Below, one piece after another: positions 24,953-38,109 of a DNA stretch of 64,000 bases; position 1 is the stretch's first letter; each line of letters begins with the position of its first letter. Source of the DNA: Camelus dromedarius (Eukaryota); assembly GCF_036321535.1 (NCBI RefSeq), contig NC_087436.1, positions 79,486,001 to 79,550,000 of the forward strand, written 5' to 3'. Made by a program: the position numbers and the translations under genes. The notes under the pieces are model-generated. The model saw only the letters and a program-made list of their open reading frames with translations. It had not been told where the DNA came from and ran no database searches.

Positions 24953-25673
24953 AACCCTCCTACACTGTTGGTGGGAATGGAAATTGGTGCAGCCACTATG
25001 GAGGACAGTATGGAGGTTTTCCTTAAAAAAACTTAAAATAGAACTACCATATGATCCAGCAATCCCACTCTTGGATTATATCTGGAGAAAACTCTAACTC
25101 GAAAAGATGTTCATAGCAGCACTGTTTACAATTGTCAAGATACGGAAGTAACCTAAACGTCTATCGACAGATGACTGGATAAACAAGTTGTGGTATGTCT
25201 ATACCATGGAACATTAGTCATAAAAAAAGGAAATAATGCCATTTGCAGCAACATGGCTTGACTTAGAAATTATCATACTAAGTGAAGTAAGTCAGAGAAA
25301 GATAAATATCATATGATATCACTTATATATGGAATCTAAAAAAAATGATACAAGTGAATTTATTTACAAACCAGAAGCAGACTCATAGACAGAAAACAAA
25401 CTATGGTTCCCAAAGGGGACAAGGATGGAGGGGAGGGATAAAATAGGAGTTTGCACTTAACAGATACACACTACTATATATAAAGTAGATAAAACAAGGA
25501 CCTACTGTGTAGCACAGAGAACTACATTCAATATCTTATAACAACCTATAATGGAAAAGAATCTGAAAAAGAATATGTGTAATATATATATGTATATGTA
25601 TGACTGAATCACTTTGCTGTACACTTGAAGCTAACACAACATTGTAAATCAACTATACTTCAGTTTAAAAAAA
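24953..25673 (+). mobile_element. 5'-truncated LINE-1 3' end with a perfect 15-bp TSD
   Basis: Highly similar to the L1 at 2783. aagaactaagatctg at 24938-24952 and 25674-25688. Confidence 0.93.
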
Positions 25674-27170
25674 AAGAACTAAGATCTGCTGCCATGGCAA
25701 AAGGGAACTGGGTAAAACTTTGAAGTCTCTAGGGGTGGCCAGTCACAGCTGGGGTGCTTAGAGCAATGTGCGGTTTCCTGGGTGCCTGGGAAAGAGAATT
25801 GTTTAAAAATGATGTCAAGATGCTGAAGGACAAATGTTGCTAACTTTGAATTTTTGTCCGTTTTGGCTTGGACCACAGGGAAGGATGACTGGCCTTCCTT
25901 CTGTCTCTCCCTCCCTTCCTTAGTTCTTCCTAGTCCGAATTCACATAAATGCTGCGAAGTGTTAGAGGCAGCTCATTTGGATAAAGGGCTCCTGTGGACA
26001 ATTCTGGAGACCTAATGACAACTTATAACCTGATTTCATGGAAATTTCCTACAACTGACCTCCTGGCAGAATTGTGGATGGAAGTCTGTTTTTAAGTTGG
26101 GGCCTTCCTGGTGGGCTGTGTCTTAGTTTTGACTCTAGAGGCCAGAACGTTGCACTGGGCTCAGGCAGGCTTCTGTTTGTAGGTCAAGTTCTGACTTCAC
26201 AGCATTGGGGTCACTGGCTAACCTATGATCCATACATCACCATTAGAGAGCACTTGGTAAACATTTGTGCCTAGCTGGGTTAAAATTAAACAGGCAGAGT
26301 ATAAAGTAAGCAAGTTCTTGATTCACGGTCTCCTAGGAGTTAAAATCTAAAACGTTAGATTAGGAGAGAGATAGTGGCCCCTGATCGTCCAGTCTCCTTC
26401 CAGCTCATCGAGCTTGTTCCTTGGTGCTGCCCAAAGAAGGAAAGGCACGCAGGGTCCTTATAACCCAGGCAGGTCTGTGTTTTCATCACCCTGAAGAGAG
26501 TTCAAAGATTCACAGGCTCTGAATTAAGGAATGCTGCTGACTTTGGCACTACTACTGTTGAATGCAATTTATGTTTTTCTTATCTGTCTTACTCTGAGTG
26601 TGTTTTGGGATATGGAAGATCATAAATACTTGAAATATAGTGCTTTGAATGAAAACATGACTTCTCAGACAATAGGATTAGATTTGAATACTGATGAGCC
26701 CCATTTCTCTGTAAGGAATTTATCCACACACGCAGAGTACCCTCACCATTTCTTGTGTGGATATTTAAAATTTTCCATCTGATTTTCTGCTAAGATATAG
26801 GTTGATTTAGATTTTTTTTAAAAAAAGTATTTTGCTTTCCGGGGGAAAAGATAGGTATATGGTATCCAAATATTGAACAGAGGAGCCCTAGCTTCTGAAA
26901 AGAAACTGAGTAGAGAAATTGTTCTTTATTTTAACCAGACATCAGAGAGATTGTTCCTTCCATAAAGTAACATACGTCTGGTTAAGTGGTAGAGCAGAGG
27001 TCTACCTCTGACCCAGAAATCTGGGTCTTTGTGCTTCCAAGTCCGGTGTACTTTACCTCATCGCTGACCAGCTGCCTAAGTGTCATGGCACCATGCAGCA
27101 CGCGTTAATAGGTAACCCTTGTAAATCACCACTGGGAGTATCTTTGATTTATTTGTCTTTCTGTTCTCAG

Positions 27171-27282
27171 GGATGGAGGGCTGAAGAGAGCCAAGGTGAA
27201 GGACACCTTTAAGGAAGAGCAGCAGAAGAATTACAGCAAGATGATTGTGGGCAACGAATCTCTCAACTCAGAAGCAAACTGA
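27171..27282 (+). CDS. GPAT3: GPAT3 terminal coding exon (probably exon 12), ending at TGA
   Basis: ttctcag|G GAT GGA gives WDGGLKRAKVKDTFKEEQQKNYSKMIVGNESLNSEAN, with TGA at 27280-27282. Confidence 0.96.
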
Positions 27283-27956
27283 ATGCCACCCTGGCTTTCC
27301 AGAACCAGTCTTTAGAAACCGAAAGTGGCAGGGGTTGTTTTTTGGGTTCTGTTTCACTGTTTTTGTTTTTTTATTGTTAATCTTTTCTAAAGGATGATTG
27401 TCTCTACCTCTTTATGCCAGAGGCAGAACCCACAAAAAGGTGCCCTTTTTGGCTTTTGTTGTTATAGCATCAACCTCGTGAACTGTAAGGTAGTTTACTG
27501 AGTTTAAGCAGATTCTGCCTTTAGTAAGACGATTGTGTCATTGTGGATTGAGTGAACTATTTGAATGGGCAGAAAAAGTGCTTCTAAAACACTTCTGGAA
27601 CGGGTTGTGTCTGGAACTCTTTGATGGGGTAATTCTCGAAGAAGTACTCCAGTTTTTGTTCATAATTAGCTTTCTCACGCCCTTCCCCCCCCCCCCCCCC
27701 TTCAATCACTTAAACAGGGATTACATGTCAGTTCAGGGTTGCCGTCATGGTTTTGTTTTACCACAAGGTTGGAAAGAAAAATGAGGACAGTTTTTAAGAG
27801 AAAGGACAGCTTTGTGGCCACTTGATCCGAAAGTCAAAAGGAAACGTAAATATTTTTTACTAGCTTGTCAGTAGAGACATACTATTTGGTGAGCTTTACC
27901 AAAGAAAAGTGAGTCCACGTTACTGTGTGTGCACATTTTTATGTAGGCAACTTGTA

Positions 27957-27962
27957 AATAAA
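27957..27962 (+). terminator. Possible proximal polyadenylation signal
   Basis: AATAAA followed about 30 nt later by GT-rich sequence (ttttccttgtttgtgtg). Confidence 0.45.
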
Positions 27963-28394
27963 CACGTTAGCCAGCAACTGGTGATAAAGTTTTCCTTGTT
28001 TGTGTGCTAAAGACCCATACTTAAAGGCCTCTCCCGTCTACTAGGTTGTTTGACATTGTAACCAACACATTTTCAAATAGAAGGAGCCTTTTACAACAAC
28101 AGCAAATCACATTGAGTGTCTTCAGCGCAAGTAGGAATGAGTGAAGTGTGTGACCCTGTCCCTCCCCGTCCACCTCTTTGTCCTTTATTTCAGAACTCTC
28201 CTAGTTTATTAAACAGGAAAATAAGGGGTAAAATTACCTTTTGGAAACTGAGCCTTAAATTTTTTAAAGGGGAAAATGTATTTTCAGCCTCAGCAGCGTA
28301 AGCAATGTTTGACAGCAATATAATGCCATCGGGGTGTGCTCTCTCTCCGGGTAACCATGTACAAAAATGTGAAACTGTCTTAACGGTGAATACA

Positions 28395-28400
28395 AATAAA
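28395..28400 (+). terminator. Likely main polyadenylation signal of GPAT3
   Basis: AATAAA with an upstream TGTA (~28358) and downstream GT/T-rich sequence (tatgtgttg...tattttt). Confidence 0.65.
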
Positions 28401-30229
28401 TTCTATATTTCTAAATATGTGTTGCATTATTTTCCCCACACCTCTGCTCTTCTGATTTGGAGTAATTTCTATTCTTTCTTATTACAAAGAAGGATCGTTT
28501 GTTTTCCATTTTCATGACATAGGTTTTATTGGACTTGAATATCTAGGAAATGAGAAACGTGAACCACTGGTTTTGGTTTGTTTTTTTTCTTTCTTTTTTC
28601 TTTTTTTTTTGTCAACCTAGTTCTGGACTCTGGGCTGGTGGACTCCATGTTGATCAGAGTCACAGATTGAGTTATTTTGCAGGTGAGCTCTGGTGATGCT
28701 CTCTCAGCTGGCGCTGGGCTTGCTACAGTGCTCTCAGTGTGTGTTCTTACCAAGCTAGATGGATCTGATCCCAAAAGAAAATTTGCGAACAGGGGACCCT
28801 CAACGGTCAGCTGTGCTTTTGTTCTCACTCCTCACCCCCATCTTTCCCTTTTTTGGGGGCTCCCCCAAAACTCTCCTGGAGGTGAACTGGATTGAAAATC
28901 AGCAAATCCGAGTAAGTGTGTTGGGGTGACTCTTTGTCTTATTTGTTTTCTCTCCGAAGATTTCCTTTTTCTTTTTATTTCTCATATTCAGTGTAGTTTG
29001 AATTGATAAATCCATTTTATTAATTAGGCCAGTTCTCAGAAAAGCCATTAGAACAACTAACAGCTGTTTTGCCTGGCCACTGGTAATATGTCTTTTCAGG
29101 AGCACTGTGGCTGGCATGTTTTCACTAGAAAAATCTAATGCTGTTTCACTCAGGACCTTTGTCTTGTAGGTCTTTGACTTAGAGGATTAGTTTTCAAGTT
29201 ATTTCAGGAATTACTATGATACTGAAAACGTTCTTAGAAAGCAAATACTGCCCAGATTTAGCTTATGCTCCCTAAAGCGCCTTTTTTTGACTTGCCTTCC
29301 CTAATACTGTTTTATGCTCACTTTAGAAGTGTCATGCCCAGAGATTAGTATTCTTGAGTCTTCTGTAACTGTCTTAGGATATCAAAGGTAGGCAGGGTTT
29401 GGTAGAAAAATCCCATTAGGTAAGACCTTTCATTGAACCCTTGCATAGATCCATTCATTGAGCCTTGAGGTTGCATCTTTTTTCCCACCTCTTTGTCTTG
29501 GTGATATTTACAGACACTGGGTTTCAGGAACGCCAAGGGTTTCTGAAATGTCCTGGCATATCCTGGGATTGGATGAGCAGCCATGTCTGAATCAGCAAGT
29601 ACACTCAGAGCATAGGGGAAATGATCCCAGATCACAGCCTGGTGCAAAGAACATTCTCCAGCAGTTTCTTGTATAAGCAGACTTTCCAAGACCTATTCAG
29701 TTTTGTCTTGGTGGTTTGCCATTATCCCCTCGGTGCATACGCTGCACTTGGGGCATTCTTTTGATATCTGGAAATACATGCTAAGGGCTGTTGTTTTCTT
29801 AGGACTACAGATCATGTACCATGGTCATGAGGGCTGCCTCTTGACCAGAATTGCTCTTGGTGGTGGTTTCTGAAATGTATTTTCTTAAACGTGGTACTGC
29901 AGTTCTAACCTGCTTCCTGCTGGGTCTGAGTAGCTTGTGATGGGAGGCCCGGGTTAGGGTTGGGGGAAGGCTAGGATCTGGGATCCGTACTGAAATCTAG
30001 GGGCTCTGTTAGGAACTTGACAAAAGCTATGTGCTCGCTCTTGTGTTTTTAACACTGGTTTCTAGTGGATTGATGCGACTGGTATTTGATGTTATTTTTT
30101 GGAGTAATGGTTAAGATGATGAGATAAAGAGTCATAAAGACATTTTCTAATTAGGGCTCTAGCACTCATTGGCTTTTCAGCTTTTTTAACAACTTCTCTG
30201 ATTCTCACTTGTCTTCTTTTTATTTATTG

Positions 30230-31860
30230 TGAAATTGTAAAACACACAAATATATATGAAAGTGTGCAGGTACACTTTAGGGTAGTGGTAAAAACAGATA
30301 GCTGTGTACCTGTTACCAGGCCAATAAATAGGATAAATAGTATATTCTGGAAGGTCTGAAAAAAATCACAAACTGTTATTCCATTTACAGTCAATGGACA
30401 GTAGGTTTTTTTCAACTTACTGTAAATATGCTTGTATATGTCTCTTGGCAGACGTGCTCAGGTGTTTGTTTCTCTAGTTGTTTGTGTAGTAGGAATTAGG
30501 ACTGCTCCAGGACAGGGTAGGAGCATTTCAGTGTTAGAGCAGAAACAGCCGAACTTTCCAAAAAGTTTGCCCCATTTTACACAACCCATCAACAGGGTAT
30601 GAGAACAACATTTACAGTTAGTGTAATAACATTTGGATTTATTTTTTTTATCTTATTTTTTGCTTTCTCTTCCATCTTTAAAATCTGTCTTTCTTGCCCT
30701 CCTGGATTTATTACTTTTTCTTTTTCCATTTTCTCTACTTAAGGAGGTTAATGATCTTATTTCTATTTGTTCTGTGGTTACTTTATAAATTTCAACCTGC
30801 ATACTTATTAAAGTCTAAAACTGACCACTGTCCTTATACTCCTGAATAATAGAAGGACCTAGAACTTGAATTCCAGTCTTTCATTCCTTCTGCTAATTTA
30901 TATGATATTATGCATTTTAATTACTTATATAACCCCACAGATTATCATAGTCATTGCTGCCGTCATCATCAGTCTTACCCTTTTATACAGTCAGTGTTTA
31001 CCTACCTGGTCACCACTTTGTTATTCCTCACCTCTTTTATCTCTCCTTCCATCTGGGATCACTTTCCTTACTGAGAGTCTGCTGCTGGCACATTCAGTTT
31101 GTGTTTTTCTGAAAGTGTATTTATTTTGTACATATTCTTGAAAGTTTTTGCTGGATGTAGGTGTTTATGTTCAGATCAATTGTTATGTCTCTCTAAACAC
31201 ATTAAGCATCATTCCAGAGTCGTCTTTTTATTTATTGAGAAATCAGCTACTAGGCCTGATTATCACTTGTATGAAGGTAATATTTCTAGAGTGTATTTAA
31301 GAGCATTTCTTTGTTTCTGTTATTTTAGCACTTCATATTTATCTTGTTGTGACTTGTTGGCTTTTCATCTGTGGTCTGGTATTTTTCATCAATTTTCAAA
31401 AGTTCTCAGATATCCCTTTACACAATGTCTTTGTCCTCCTGTCTTTTTAGAAGTCTGATTAAACAAATATTAGACTTTCTCTATCCCACATGCCTCTTAA
31501 TCTCTTTTTTATATCTTCCATTTCTTTGCCATGAGTTAGACTTCTTTCTGGACAATCTTCAGTTGTACCATTTCTCTAATTCTTCAGTTCTGCTTAATTG
31601 ACTGCTCACTGAGTCTATAATTTCAATTTCTATATTTCTCATTTCTATGGGTTATACTTGATTCTTTTTCAAATGTGCGTATTCTTCAATAAGTTTATGA
31701 AGTATCTTATGCTTGTTGATTTTATATGTTTTTCCAACTATTCCAAAATCTTACATCTTTTGAGGGTTTAACTCTTTTTCCCCCCTGAGGCGTCTCATGA
31801 ATGGAGTCATTTATTTCTTTGTGTGTTTACCGAATTTTCATGATGATGTCATTTTTGGAA
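30230..31860 (-). mobile_element. Highly degraded old L1-type fragments
   Basis: T-rich strand with old L1-like motifs (ttattgagaaatcagct, tttcaatttctatatttctcatttct). Boundaries uncertain. Confidence 0.45.
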
Positions 31861-31886
31861 TTTTATCTTCCTTCAAGCCTTTAGCT

Positions 31887-32107
31887 TAGGGCTTAGCAAA
31901 TTACAGCCCATAGGCTAAATCCTGCCCTCTGCCTGTTGCTGTCAATAAGATTTTACTGGAAGACAGCCACACTTGTTTGTTCACACACTGCCTGTGTTTG
32001 CTTCTCTGCTACAGCAGAGTTGAATAGTTGCAACAGTGAATGGCCCACAAAGCCTAAAATACTTACTTCCCTGGCCCCTCACCTGGAATAGTTTGCCTTC
32101 CCCTTTT
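31887..32107. mobile_element. MER58-like hAT-Charlie element
   Basis: Similar to 11764-11989: agcaaattacagcccataggctaaatc...cagcagagttgaatagttgcaacag...tggcccacaaagcctaaaata...agtttgcc. Confidence 0.82.
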
Positions 32108-32805
32108 GTAGGGCACGATCAGTCTGGGACCACTTTAAACTAACTTACTGGCTTGAGGATTTTTGAACCATGTAAATAGTATGAATTTAGCCTACTCAAA
32201 TGAGGGCCATCTGGTGGTTCTGAATTCTCAGCATAATGTTTCTGAGAGTCATCCGTGTTGTGCTGATAAGCAGTTCTTTCCTTTTAATTGCCAAGTGACT
32301 TTAAATCCTCAGGGGGAAATCATTTTTCTCTTTCATGTACCACTAAGGTTTGATGCAGATAATTTACCCGGCTGGCATCCATGAGTAAGGGATGGGTGAG
32401 TTCTACTTTCTTCTTACTTACGAGGTGTAGCCCTTTGGGATCCCACCTTTCAAGGGACGGGTTTCTTTAGACTTCCCACATTGGGCTGGCCTTCAGCTTG
32501 TCTGTTGCCCGTTAGGCCCTTAAGGCTCTGGAAACCACTGCTCAAGTTTGCTTGGTTCAGCCAGCACCCTCAAGGTGAAAGCAGATACCTGGCCTCTCTG
32601 CCCTGCTTATCTCTCTGGGATAACCTATCTTCTTTCAGCCTTTGGCTTGGGGAGTCATAACTTTCTTGCCCATTTATGGAAGCATTCAAAATAATTTTCT
32701 TTTATCATATAAAAAAGAGGATGGGTACATGTTGGTAGAAATAAAAGTTCTAGAAAGCAACAACTTTCTTAAAAAAATAGTTTCTTTATATAAATAATAA
32801 ATAAA

Positions 32806-32905
32806 TTTTATTTATTTATTTATTTTAATGGAAGTACTGGGGATTAAACCCAGGACTTCATGCCTGCTGAGCATGCACTCTACCACTGGGCTATACCTAC
32901 CCTCC
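32806..32905 (-). mobile_element. vic-1-like SINE
   Basis: aatggaagtactggggattaaacccaggac...ctctaccactgggctatacc with a (TTTA)n tail. Confidence 0.88.
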
Positions 32906-34862
32906 TGAGTCATTATTTTAATATAAAGAGCAACAAACCCTTCTTTATTTAGAATTATAACTGAATTTGCAAATTTAATTCTCTGCTGAAATAAGAATAA
33001 GATAAAGACATTTACAGGAAGACATGGACCAACACTGGGAAAGCTATGAGATTTTTAGCATCCCTAGAGAATACAATAACCTAACAGTATGAAGGCAGCT
33101 GAAAGCAGGTTCAGTGGTATTTTCTGCATTTTGAGTGATTGGCAAATTCTTTGCCCATATTACACCTGGGCTGAGGTCCCTTTGATGGCTCTTCATGGGG
33201 TTCAAAAAAAAAAAAAAAAAAAAAATCCCTGTGATGGTGCCCTCTGCTGTTGCAGGAAGCATATAGCAATTCTGGCTACTTGGTGGCCTCTTGGCTCTAT
33301 GGAAGAGATGCCCGGGACAGCTTTGAAAATAGAGCATGTTCTACATTGGTGAATTAAAACGTTTTGAATCCCTTTGAGTTCCAAGCTATGGCTGGGAGTG
33401 GGATGCCTAGAAGAGTAGGAACAGAGTCAGTCTCCTCTTGAGGTCAAATATGATACTCACTGCTTTTAAAATTAAGTGAATTTAATTTTTTTTTTTGAGA
33501 AGCTTTGAAAATTGTATCCCTTGACTGAAGATGCATCCTTGCCAATTATAAAAATTAACTTGAGAATCAAAGCTTTCTTGGGAAGGCTTTCAAATTACTG
33601 TGCCTCTAGCTTTATAAAGTTAACCTATATTTGGTGTCTGCTGTGTGTCTCTTCTGGGTCTGGGGACACAGCAGTGACAAAGACAAAGTTTCTGGGCTTT
33701 TGGAAATCCACTGAAGCAGATGGGAAAAAAAAAATCAAGAAACATGTTTGGACAATATCATCACAAGGGATTCAGATTGATCTTTAATTTTTTCGTATAA
33801 GCCTGGGTAGTAAATGCCTAGGCATTCTTTTGAAAGTGTTTTCAGAAGAGTATACACGTCTTACAGCTCAAGTGGAATCGAGCCTGTGACTGGGAAAAGG
33901 GAGTGAGCCTAATTCCTGTGGAACGCACACCTGACAGTGCTCATTGCCCAATGGACTGAAGTTTGACCTTGGTGAAGTCCTGCTTATTACAGTGACCCTC
34001 TTCTGAGAAAAGCAGCCCTGACGTCTGGTTGTTGCTAAATCAGGCACGAGTGAGAGTTCCAAATTTCCTAACTGGAAGGAATTTTCAGTGCTGCCTGTTG
34101 GCAAGGCAGGCTCCGATATTGTTCCTGAAGAGCCAGAATTTTGCTCAGGATGGGGCAGAAGAATGACTTCAAAACCCCGTCTTATCCAGTAGGTTCTGCA
34201 GTAAGTTGGTTCACTGGTGGAGTGATGAATGAGATACTGCAGCTTCACCCAATAAATCCCTTGGTTTAATACCTCTCTTGGGAAAATGCTTTTCTATTAA
34301 AATGTGTTTAGATACTTAACACATTTTATGAGATGTACATGATGATTCAGACTCTGCTAGTACTGAGGCTCAGTGCTGCCCAAGACAGGAATCTATACCA
34401 CGGGAGCTTAGAGTCTGGAAGTGAAGACACACCACTAACCACAGAGGAAGTGGTAGGGCTTTTTTTTTTTTTTTTTTTGCCCAGGAGCAAAGTACTGTGG
34501 ACTCTGGGGAAGAGGTGGATTTGATGTTGAGGATGGAAGGGGCTGTGGAAGGGAGGACATTTGAACGAGCTGTGGAGGATGAGTTTAAGTGCTCTCTGAT
34601 GAAATTAGGGAAAAGGCAGGTGAATGGATTCATCCTTCTGTACATGCACCTCCCTCCAAATTCCTCCCCCTAGCCGCCCGAACTAAACAAAATAAAAACA
34701 AAAATAAAAACCTCAATAAAAGAGGATTGTTTATTATATTGCTTGCCTCTAAAAACTGTTTCCAGTTCCTATTTTTAAAGCCATTTACTCTTTCTCCAAA
34801 GTTACTACCCAAGCCCAAGCCATCGCCATCTCTCACCTGGGCTACAGTGAGAATCTTCCAGC

Positions 34863-35493
34863 TGAGACAGGAAGGAAGGGGGCAGGGCACAGCCATTCAA
34901 GAAATAACACAGCAATTAACACCAAGGTGGCTGAAAATTCACCTGCCAACAGGTCTTGAGGAGGCCCAAGATGGTGGGAGATTTGACTTCCAGTAGACCT
35001 TGGGCTTCATTATTTGCTTATTGTAATATATTAGCATATGCTAATTGGCCCTCCCACAGGCGCCACGACAGTTCTGAAGCTGGCCATAAAAGGTCAAAAA
35101 GAGGGCGGTGGCCCAGCTCCTGGGAATCCCGGCCCCTTCCCCAAAGTAGTTGGAATAATCCTCCCACTTGTTAGCATAGGAAGTTACTGAGCCCACAAAA
35201 ACTAACAACCCCCACACCTCTTGGCCGCTCTCCCTCCTGAGTGAGACAGACGGCACTCTGTCTGTGGAGTGTGTATCTACTGAACACCTAACTCCCGCAC
35301 CTTGTGGCCTTTCTCTTGGCTTCTGAAACAGCCTGTACTCTGTCTATGGAGTATGTAACACTCTGAATAAATCTACCTTTACTCAGCTGTGGCTCGGTTT
35401 TAAATTCTTTCCTGTGCGAAGCCTAGGACCTGCACTTAGCCAAGACCCTGGGACACAGCTCTCCTCACGTCCCACATTCTTTTTCCTGTGTCA
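34863..35493 (+). mobile_element. MER41-like ERV1 solo LTR
   Basis: TG...CA termini, TSD CAGC (34859-34862, 35494-35497) and AATAAA at 35366. Blocks ccaagatgg, attagcatatgctaa, ctcccacaggcgccacgacagtt, gaataatcctcccacttgttagcat and ctctgtctatggagt resemble the recalled MER41 consensus. Confidence 0.85.
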
Positions 35494-35497
35494 CAGC

Positions 35498-36062
35498 GGA
35501 TCACCCTGCCTTTGCTCTTCTCCCCAAAATAGTCTACTTGGTTAACTGCAGCTAGTGCAGTCCTTAGCATCACAACTGAATCATGTCACTTCCACCTTCA
35601 AAACCCTTCAGTCACTTCCCATCACACTGAGAATGAAATCCCAAATTCTTACCCTGACCTCTAAGGCCTCGCTGCAGTCTGGCCACGGGTCAGCCCTTCA
35701 GCCTGGCTTCTATCGCTCCTTCCCTTGCTCGGCCTCCCCGAACACTCTGGCCTTTTCTCCTTTTTACTTCAAATCAACAAGAATATTCCTGTGTCAGGGT
35801 CTTGGCACTTGTTACTTGGCCTTAGAATGGTCTTCTCCTAGATATGTGCGAGGCTCCCCTCCCGCTTCATTTGCTTGACTACCCCTGCCTCGGAAGCCTT
35901 CGCTGGCCACCCCGCCTAATACAGCAGCACGTGTCCCTCCCTCTGCACTTAGCCTACTGTTCGTTTCCATTAGCACTTACATCCAAACATTAGGTATTTG
36001 CTCGTTTTATGCATCTCCACCACAAGTGTAAGCTTGATTAATGTTTGCCAAATGAATGTGTA
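35498..36062 (+). mobile_element. L2 element 3' part (upstream part at ~34780-34858, split by the LTR)
   Basis: atcatgtcacttccaccttcaaaacccttcagtcacttcccatcacactgagaatgaaatcccaaattcttacc...aatgtttgccaaatgaatg. Confidence 0.75.
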
Positions 36063-36074
36063 AATCTGCAACCA

Positions 36075-36985
36075 TTCCTTAATTCTTCCTTGACTTTCCT
36101 GGCCTTGACCATTTTGAAAAATTATAGGCCAGTTATTCTTTAGTACATACTTTATTTTGGATGGATCTCTGGTTTGTCATGACTTGATCCAGGTTCCTCA
36201 TCTTCGGCAGGAATGACCAGGAGGGGCCTGCTGTGCTCATTTCATGGCCTCCCGTCAGGTGGTGCGTGCTTTTGGTTTGAAGCATGACTGATGATGCTTA
36301 CTGTGGTGCTTCAGGTGGTGTATTAGTTACTAGATTGGGGCTGCCATAACGAAATACCAGAACTTCTCAGTGGCCAGAGCTACGGAATATATGTATGAAA
36401 ACACACACACACACATACACTCATCTATATTTATGTTTCTATGTATCATCTATCTCTCTATCATCTATCATCATCATCGTTCTCATCTATAACTGTTTAT
36501 CTGTCTTAACAACCATGACTTCTCTACCAACGCCTCCACTTCCAGTCCAGCGCTGCAGGGTTCATTTTAGTTTTCTCTTTATATTTGTAAGCCCCTTCTC
36601 AGGCAGTGAGGAGTCTGGCTCCCTCTCTTTGACATATTGATTCATTTGTAACCAACCTCTAGTTGCCTTTGCCTTTGCATGGATGCCATCCTCTCCCCAC
36701 CCAGTCTGCTAGTGCTGGACCACTCCCTTTCACGAATCTTCTCTTCACCCTGCACACATGGGGCCACTTCCCCATATGGATGCCCTGAACCCCTCTAGGC
36801 TTGGCTCCCCACACCAGGCTGTTCCCCCCCAACACAGACCTCCTCATCATGCTCAGCAGGTTGTCACCCCTCCAGCTTCGGCTGGGATGCCCTGGACATC
36901 CATGGACATTCTCTGCACCTTGTGAAGGCTTTGACACCTGCTCTGATCCACACCACAGCCTTCCCACTACCAGTGTAGGGGCCAC
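36075..36985 (-). mobile_element. Old L1MC-like 3' region with degenerate internal C-rich repeats
   Basis: ggccttgaccattttgaaaaattataggccagtta, gtaagccccttctcaggcagtgaggagtctggctccc, and recurring ggatgccc/ctcctca/cacacc units. Confidence 0.6.
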
Positions 36986-37144
36986 ATTACTCTACCACCT
37001 ATGGCTTTATGATGAATTGTTCAGGAAAAAGAGAGGAGAAAAAAGAGGAAGTGAAAGAGACTTTCCTGCTTTTTGGGGGGGGTTTAGTTAGTGGGCTTTT
37101 TGTTTTGGTCAGTGGTTACAGAGTGTATCTTTTGCAACTTCAGA

Positions 37145-37219
37145 TTTTTTTTTAAACATTTTTATTTTTGGTGGGGAGGTAATTAGGTTTACTTATTTAT
37201 TTTTGGAGGAGGTACTGGG
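37145..37219 (-). mobile_element. 5'-truncated vic-1-like SINE (3' part only)
   Basis: ggggaggtaattaggtttacttattt...ggaggtactggg, flanked by tacagagtgtatctttt at 37117 and 37220. Confidence 0.8.
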
Positions 37220-37634
37220 TACAGAGTGTATCTTTTTTTCAACCTTTACTTTCAATCTTATATACTTATTTAAATTATACACAGATAAGTCTATATATTT
37301 AAGACTATATATTCTCTTTAAATAACTAGGTCACTTTCCTGAGTGAATTCTAATTTGGCTTTAATAACAAAGAATGTTAAAATATTTCAGGACTATGCTT
37401 TCTTTTGAAAAGTGGGGTTTGATATTACTACAAAATAAACTGAGATCTGATATCACTATGATGCAGTGGGTAAGTTATTTTTACTTTCACACATATTCTT
37501 TCCCGTTGTTGCCATGTCATCACATAGGACGAGCAACTTCTGCCACAGAGGTTGGCGCATCCTCCTGAGGCTGGCCAGGTAGAGGACTTCCTTTCTTCCC
37601 AGGGTGAACACATGACCTCAGAGTGTCAAGCAGA

Positions 37635-37854
37635 TAAATTAGGAGTTTGGGATTAACAGATAAATACTATTATATGTAAAATAGATAAACAACAAGGATT
37701 TACTGTATAGCACAGTGAGCTATATTAAATATCTTGTAATAACCTACAATGGAAAAGAACCTAATAAAGAATATATGTATGTATAACTGAATCACTTTGC
37801 TGTACACTTGAAACTAACACAACATTGTAAGTCAACTATACTTCAATTAAAAAA
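37635..37854 (+). mobile_element. Short L1 3' end
   Basis: Matches the 3' part of the L1s at 2783 and 24953. Imperfect TSD agagtgtcaagcaga/agagtatcaggcaga. Confidence 0.88.
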
Positions 37855-37986
37855 AGAGTATCAGGCAGAGTCTTTTGAAAGAGCAAAAGGGATACAGAGA
37901 GAGAGGTTTTTTTTTTTAATTAAAAGTATTTTAAATTTCTAGTTTATTTTCTTTTTTAAACAGCATCACTTTTATTTTTATCTTAT

Positions 37987-38109
37987 TTTTTTGGTTGGGG
38001 GAGGTAATTAGATTTACTTATTTTTTGATGGAAGTACAAGGGATTGAACCCAGGACCTCGTGCATGCTAGGCATGCACTCTACCACTGAGCTATATACCC
38101 CACTCCCCC
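37987..38109 (-). mobile_element. vic-1-like SINE
   Basis: gggattgaacccaggacctcgtgcatgctaggcatgcactctaccactgagctata. Confidence 0.9.

Larger units (their letters stand above)
27283..28420 (+). other. GPAT3: GPAT3 3' UTR (end approximate)
   Basis: Follows the stop codon and has no recognisable repeats. AATAAA occurs at 27957 and 28395, ATTAAA at 28208. Confidence 0.7.

Noticed and set aside
36680..36970. Degenerate C-rich repeat units as a novel minisatellite
   Set aside because: Better explained as the internal repeats of an old L1MC-type 3' UTR.
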